Shown: positions 59,342 through 64,000 of the stretch, in pieces
How positions within the stretch are numbered: the first letter of the stretch is position 1
Layout: each line of letters starts with the position of its first letter
Assembly (NCBI GenBank): GCA_965243135.1
Contig: OZ251539.1
Location: 2,944,001-3,008,000, forward strand
Direction of reading: 5' to 3'
Source of the DNA: Alphaproteobacteria bacterium
GTDB lineage: Bacteria > Pseudomonadota > Alphaproteobacteria > MPNO01 > UBA830
DNA: 64,000 nucleotides
Program-made: the position numbers and the translations under genes
The notes under the pieces: generated by a model
Databases searched by the model: none
Seen by the model: the letters and a program-made list of their open reading frames with translations, nothing else
Told to the model about the DNA's origin: nothing

Positions 59342-60387
59342 GTTTTTCTCCCTTCGATTGACGCATGCTCGTTCGCATGCGCGGCCTGCATATCGGGCGC
59401 TCCCGCGGCTTGCGACCGGCCCCCGCCGATCCAGTGCAGGAACGCCTCGCGTTCGGCTTCGTTCGCCATGCGCCACGCCCGGCGGAGCGCCGCCAACCGA
59501 CGGCTCTCCGGAGTCCCGCGCCGCGCCGCCCGGCCTTCCGTTCCGGCCCTCCGGGCCCGTCCGAGGGCCTCGTCGAGGGTTTTCGGCGGCTCGCCGCCGT
59601 CCCGGACGATTTCCGCGATCCGGCGCTGCTCCTCGGGGCGCATTTCGGCCAACCTCTCCAGGTCGCGTTGCCTGTCCGCCAGCGGCGTGCCGTCCAGGGC
59701 GTCCGCAAGTTCGGGGGCGATCTCCTTTCCGATCCGCACGGCGCGTCGCACCGTCCGCGGCGACAATCCGGTCCGCTGTCCGGCGTCTTCGGCGAACGCC
59801 GCGGCCGCCGGCCCGGAGCAGGTGGCCAACTTGGCCTCTTGCTCTCCATCGCCCGGAGCCTCGTCCACGGAGCAAGTGGACAAGTTGGCCACTTGCGACC
59901 TGGCCCCGCCGTGCCGGGTTTCCGGATGCAGCCGCTCGTAGATTTCCTTCCGCGCCGCCAGGAACCGCGCCCGGTCGAGCGCCGATAGTTCGGCACGGGC
60001 GAGGTTCTCGTCGATCTCCACGAGTCGCGCCTCGTCGAGCGGAACGTCGATCACAAGCGCCTCGATCGCGGTCCAGCCGAGTTTCCGCGCCGCTTTGATC
60101 CGGTGCGCGCCGGCGACCAGGGCGAACAGGCCGGCTTCACGGCGCCCGCTTTCCGGGTCGCGGTGCGGACGCAGCACGACGGGAGACTGCAATCCGATCT
60201 CCCGCATCGACTCGGCGATTCGCGCCACCTGTTCGGCGTCGAGCCGTCCCCGCAGCCTGGCCTCGATCCGTATCGCGTCGAGCGCGACCGGCACCGTCCT
60301 GCGCGGACGCGCCTCGTCGACCTCAAGGCCGCCCGCCGCCGCGCGCGATCGTTCAAGCGCCGCGGCCAAGCTCTTGCGGCGGCTCAT
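59338..60387 (-). CDS. parB: ParB/RepB-family partition protein
   Basis: SMREIGLQSPV, LVAGAHRIKA, IDENLARAEL, HTH TGLSPRTVRRAVRI. Confidence 0.88.
   Translation of the reverse strand: MSRRKSLAAALERSRAAAGGLEVDEARPRRTVPVALDAIRIEARLRGRLDAEQVARIAESMREIGLQSPVVLRPHRDPESGRREAGLFALVAGAHRIKAARKLGWTAIEALVIDVPLDEARLVEIDENLARAELSALDRARFLAARKEIYERLHPETRHGGARSQVANLSTCSVDEAPGDGEQEAKLATCSGPAAAAFAEDAGQRTGLSPRTVRRAVRIGKEIAPELADALDGTPLADRQRDLERLAEMRPEEQRRIAEIVRDGGEPPKTLDEALGRARRAGTEGRAARRGTPESRRLAALRRAWRMANEAEREAFLHWIGGGRSQAAGAPDMQAAHANEHASIEGRKT
59817..59897. repeat. Two 27-bp palindromes inside parB (parS candidates)
   Basis: AGCAGGTGGCCAACTTGGCCTCTTGCT (59817-59843) and AGCAAGTGGACAAGTTGGCCACTTGCG (59871-59897), starts 54 bp apart. 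Confidence 0.65.
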
Positions 60388-61013
60388 GCCGCCGCTCCGG
60401 CCGAAGCGCAGGCGCGGGCGGCGACCTCCTCGTAGAGGCGATCCGCCTCGCAGGCCGCTTTCCCGGCCGGCTCGAATTCCTGCGTCGACAGGCCCGCCGT
60501 GAGCGAATGGACGAACGCCTGCCGATGTCCGAGGGATTGGCGCAACGCCGGAAGGCCGAGCCCGGCGAGCGCCGCGCGCGCCTCCTCGGCCAGCCGCCCC
60601 CTCGGCGGAACGGCGTTGAGCGCCGCCACGGCCGGCGTCGCGGCGATGCGGGCGAGATCGACGCTCGCCTTCACGGCGTCGAGATCGAAGAGCGACGGGC
60701 GGCAGGGAACGACCACGAGATCGGCGGCGCTGGCGGCCGCCAGCGCCGCGTCCGACGCCTGCGGCGCCGTGTCGAGAACGACGAGGTCGTGGGCGCCGCC
60801 GGCCAGCTCCCGCCCGAGACGCCGCGACAGGCACGGCCGCACCTCCGGCCGCTCGGCCGCGCGGTTGTCGGACCACAGCACGGCCGAGCCTTGCGGGTCG
60901 AGATCGAAGATCGCCGCCCGCCTTCCCGCGCGTTCGGCGGCGACGGCGAGATGAAGGGCGAGGGTCGTCTTTCCGGCTCCGCCCTTCTGGCACAGGATTG
61001 CGATCACGGTCAT
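60384..61013 (-). CDS. parA: Short ParA-family ATPase
   Basis: QKGGAGKTT, DLDPQGS, LDTAP. Confidence 0.92.
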   Translation of the reverse strand: MTVIAILCQKGGAGKTTLALHLAVAAERAGRRAAIFDLDPQGSAVLWSDNRAAERPEVRPCLSRRLGRELAGGAHDLVVLDTAPQASDAALAAASAADLVVVPCRPSLFDLDAVKASVDLARIAATPAVAALNAVPPRGRLAEEARAALAGLGLPALRQSLGHRQAFVHSLTAGLSTQEFEPAGKAACEADRLYEEVAARACASAGAAA

Positions 61014-62443
61014 TGCATTGCTCCTTCTTCGGTTGACGGCCGGCCGGGCAGGGACGGCGCGGGGACGCCGCCCGCCGCGGCAAGCGGAAAAGCGTCCTTG
61101 GCAAGGCCGAACACGCTCCGGTCGAGGCGGAGGTCGCCCTCGACGCCGCGCCGGACGATTCCGCGCAGATAACCCCCCGGCGAGGCGATCAGGCCCCGCG
61201 CCTTCTTGGCGGCGATCACGATGAGGGCGATCGTTGCGGTCTGCCGGCCCAGCCGATAGCCGGCCTCGCGCCATGCGTGAGCGGAAATGCCGAGGTCCTC
61301 GGCGACGCGGCTCGCGGCGGAGTTCAGCTCGCTCCAGCCGATCCGGCGGCCGGGCGGCAGATGTCCGAGGAACTCGTCGCCGAGCAGATCCAGGAGCGTC
61401 GAGAAGGCGATCGGGCGTTCGCCGTCCGCCGCGCCGCCGACGGACCCCGCGCCCGCCCTTCTTTCCCGGCGGCCTTCAGCTACAGTAATTTTTTCTAACG
61501 TACCTTCTCGGTTTGTATTGTAATATTCTTGCGCGCCGCATTCGTGCGGCCCCTGGGCCGCATTTTCGGCGGCCGGGGGCCGCAGGAATGCGGCGCAGGG
61601 CATCAAATCCGCGGGCCTGTCCACAGGGTTTTCCAGAAAATCCGCGGACTTTTCCACAGAATCCGCGGAGTTGCCCACAGCCTCCGGAGCATCGCCGGAC
61701 GCCGCCGGCTCGACGCCGATCTCCGCCGCCACGCGCTCGTCGAGGCGAGTCAGGCCGGCGAACCGCCGCCTCAGTTCGTCGAGCGGCGTCCGCTCCCGGA
61801 CGCGCCCGCCCAGGCGCTCGAGTTCGGCGCGCAACGGTTCGGCCGCGTCGCCGGCCACGCGCGAGTCGGCAGCCGCGCAATCGAGAGCGGCGCGAATGCG
61901 CCGCCGCGCCGCCGAAATCTCCCGCTTGAGCTTCAGGAACTCTTCGCGCTCCCCGGCGGCTCGCTCGACCAGTCGCCTGAGTTCGGGCAGCAACGCGGCG
62001 CAAGGCGACAGATCGAGACCCCACGCCTCCAGCAGCCGTCCGTCGCCGTCCCGCCGTCCGCTGCGCCGGAAGTTGCCGGAGTCGCGGAAGGCGATCGCGC
62101 CGAGCTCCATGAGGCGGCGCTCGTTGCGCTGGATCTGCGAGACCGAGATCCCCAGCTTGTGCGCCGCCGTCTGCACCTTCAGGTAGACGATCGGACGGTT
62201 CCCGAGCCACCAGTCCTGCGGGCGGGTGTAGCCGATCAGCAGTTCGAGATGAGCGATCAGCCGGTTGTTCCAGCCCGCCCGGCGTCCGACTTCCCGGAGC
62301 GCGCGGACGACGGCGTAACGATCCTCGCCGTCGGGCAGGCCGGCATAGGCGGCGGCGGCCGCTTCGGCCCGGTAGTGGTTTTCGCGGCGGGGACGCCCGC
62401 CGGCGGCGGGACAGGGGCCGCCGCCCGATTCGTTGTGGTCCAT
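61010..62443 (-). CDS. repC: RepC-family replication initiator
   Basis: YTRPQDW...PIVY, FRDSGNFRR, WGLDLSP, LGISAHAW, IASPGGYLRG. Confidence 0.85.
   Translation of the reverse strand: MDHNESGGGPCPAAGGRPRRENHYRAEAAAAAYAGLPDGEDRYAVVRALREVGRRAGWNNRLIAHLELLIGYTRPQDWWLGNRPIVYLKVQTAAHKLGISVSQIQRNERRLMELGAIAFRDSGNFRRSGRRDGDGRLLEAWGLDLSPCAALLPELRRLVERAAGEREEFLKLKREISAARRRIRAALDCAAADSRVAGDAAEPLRAELERLGGRVRERTPLDELRRRFAGLTRLDERVAAEIGVEPAASGDAPEAVGNSADSVEKSADFLENPVDRPADLMPCAAFLRPPAAENAAQGPHECGAQEYYNTNREGTLEKITVAEGRRERRAGAGSVGGAADGERPIAFSTLLDLLGDEFLGHLPPGRRIGWSELNSAASRVAEDLGISAHAWREAGYRLGRQTATIALIVIAAKKARGLIASPGGYLRGIVRRGVEGDLRLDRSVFGLAKDAFPLAAAGGVPAPSLPGRPSTEEGAMQ
61480..61680. promoter_or_regulatory. 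Putative oriV inside repC
   Basis: AT-rich tract 61480-61530; three GCCGCA-type palindromes with a 22-bp period; three 21-bp repeats ending in DnaA-box-like sequences. Confidence 0.6.
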
Positions 62444-62548
62444 GGTCGCATTTGCCGGCCCGGCGGAAGGCGCGACCTTCGCGAAAAAATCCCTGCCCGC
62501 CGCAAAATTCCTGTTGACGGGCGCAAAGCTTCCCTGTACCTTCGCCGA

Positions 62549-62658
62549 CAGCTTTTCAGGGCTTGTCGGGAAACGCGGTGTTCGGTGCGCTGTCCTTGCA
62601 GCGGAGCAGCGGGTTTTCACGAAGACGAACAGGGGTCGGCGGCAACCGGCCCCTTTTT
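62549..62658 (+). ncRNA. Putative counter-transcribed RNA controlling repC
   Basis: Promoter TTGACG-N17-TACCTT (62514-62542); terminator at 62631-62658; antisense and just upstream of repC, as in repABC replicons. Confidence 0.6.
62631..62658 (+). terminator. Rho-independent terminator
   Basis: AGGGGTCGG-CGGCAA-CCGGCCCCT-TTTT. Confidence 0.75.
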
Positions 62659-62947
62659 CGTGTCTGTTGACGAAACGCCTTTTCCGGGTTACGGTCCCTT
62701 CTCTGTCCCCGCATGTTCAACACGGCGTGAACGCTGGCTGGGGGACAGTCTCGGTCGTTACGACTGCCCGGATCTTATGTACTTGCCCCTCTCGACGAGG
62801 CGGCGCGCATGGTCCGTCTTGTCGACGTAGTAGCAGTCCATCCCCCGGATCTCCCGGAGGGAGGAAAAGCCGATCGGAAGCATGCGTTTCGTCATCCGAA
62901 GAGGGTAGGCCGCCGCGCCGGAGCCGTCAAGAAGTCGGCGGCGGCAG

Positions 62948-64000
62948 TGTCAGTAACAGATGATATGTCCGGTCCATGTACCCTGTCCGGTTTTAGAACG
63001 CTTCCAAACCAAAGGAGGTGGCGGCGGACGGAACAACGACAGGGACTGAGGAAGGAGGTGTCGCACCCGTGTGCTGAGCCAAGGCGAGGCGGCGGAGGGC
63101 GTATCGGAACGCACCTTCCGGCGCTGGCGCTACGAGGCGGAGGGCGCAGAAGGGTTGTACGACCGCCGCCTGGGCCGGGTCTCGGCGCGCCGGGCCGACG
63201 CGGACGAGGTGGCGCAGGTTCTCGAATTGTTCGACACCCGGTACCGGGACTTCAACGCCAGGCACTTTCACGAGAAGCTGGTCGCCTGCCATGGCGTCCA
63301 GCGCAGCTACAACTGGGTCCGGTTGACCTTGCAGGCCCATGGCCGCGTGCGAGCCGCTCCGCGGCGCCCACCGGCGCAAGCGCCCGCGGCGGGCGCTGCC
63401 CGGCGCTCCACCAGGACGGCTCGCGCCACGAGTGGGTGTCGGGTCGGCAGTGGGCGTCACCATGGACGACGCCACCAGCGAGGTCTCCTCGGCCTTCTTC
63501 GTCGCCGAGGAAGGCACCCTTTCCAGGCGCTTCGCGAGGTGGTCGGCGAGCGCGGGCTGTTCTGCTCGCTCTACACCGGCAGCCACTACTTCCACACGCC
63601 CGAGGCCGGCGGCAAGGTCGACAAGGACAACCCGACCCAGGTCGGGCGCGCCCTTCGCCGGCGTCGAGCACATCGCCGCCTACTCGCCCGAGGCCCGCGG
63701 GCGCTCGGAGCGGGTGTTCGGCACCCTGCAGAAACGCCTGTCCCAAGAACTCAGGCTCGCCGGCGTCGCCGACATGGCCGAGGTCAACCGCTTCCTCAAG
63801 CAGGTCTACCTGCCGGGCCACAACCGGCGCTTCGCCACCCCGCCCGAGAGGGTCGGCCTTCGTGCCCTTCGCCGGCACCCTGGACGACATCCTCTGCGTC
63901 CACGAGGACCGTCTCGAACGACACGCGGTACAAGGGACGCACCCTGCAGATCCCGGCCGACCGCCACCACTACGTCAAGGCCAAGGTCCGGGTCCACGAG
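62948..64000 (+). mobile_element. IS1202/ISNCY (IS481-like) element, frameshifted; runs off the window
   Basis: Starts TGTCAG with subterminal TGTCCGGT repeats; HFHEKL, HQDGSRHEW, MDDATS, SPEARGRSERVFGTLQ. Confidence 0.8.

Noticed and set aside
62750-62947. dif/xrs site next to the IS1202-like element
   Set aside because: TTATGT at about 62775 lacks a matching XerC arm and is far from the IS end.

Overview
GC-rich accessory region, probably alphaproteobacterial (repC plus a ctRNA-like element). It looks like a defence-laden integrative/mobilisable element mixed with decayed relatives. Left part: a DISARM/ARMADA-like operon (SNF2 helicase, N6-adenine methylase, DEAD/DEAH helicase) with an IS1380 inserted at the methylase stop codon; a MORC ATPase + methylase-fold protein + Dcm + Vsr cluster, with vsr split by a 235-bp MITE; a PLD-EVE-like nuclease; a large STAND ATPase-nuclease. 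Centre: ISKra4, a TPR protein, a 1979-aa MobF relaxase-helicase-primase-metallopeptidase, a 668-bp tandem duplication and a type IIG R-M gene. Right part: pseudogene mosaic, IS1380 and IS110 remnants, a low-GC caspase-like gene, ArdC, a Sel1 protein, a coupled repC-parA-parB-serine recombinase operon and an IS1202/ISNCY-like element. Two observations stand out. (1) A 29-bp repeat / 32-bp spacer / 29-bp repeat unit inside an IS1380 copy has type I-E CRISPR geometry and may be a natural off-target spacer integration. (2) The relaxase and ArdC share a ~74-aa C-terminal domain, a candidate common type IV secretion export tag. No rRNA, tRNA, cas genes or mating-pair-formation genes were seen. All family calls come from motif recognition by eye, not database searches.
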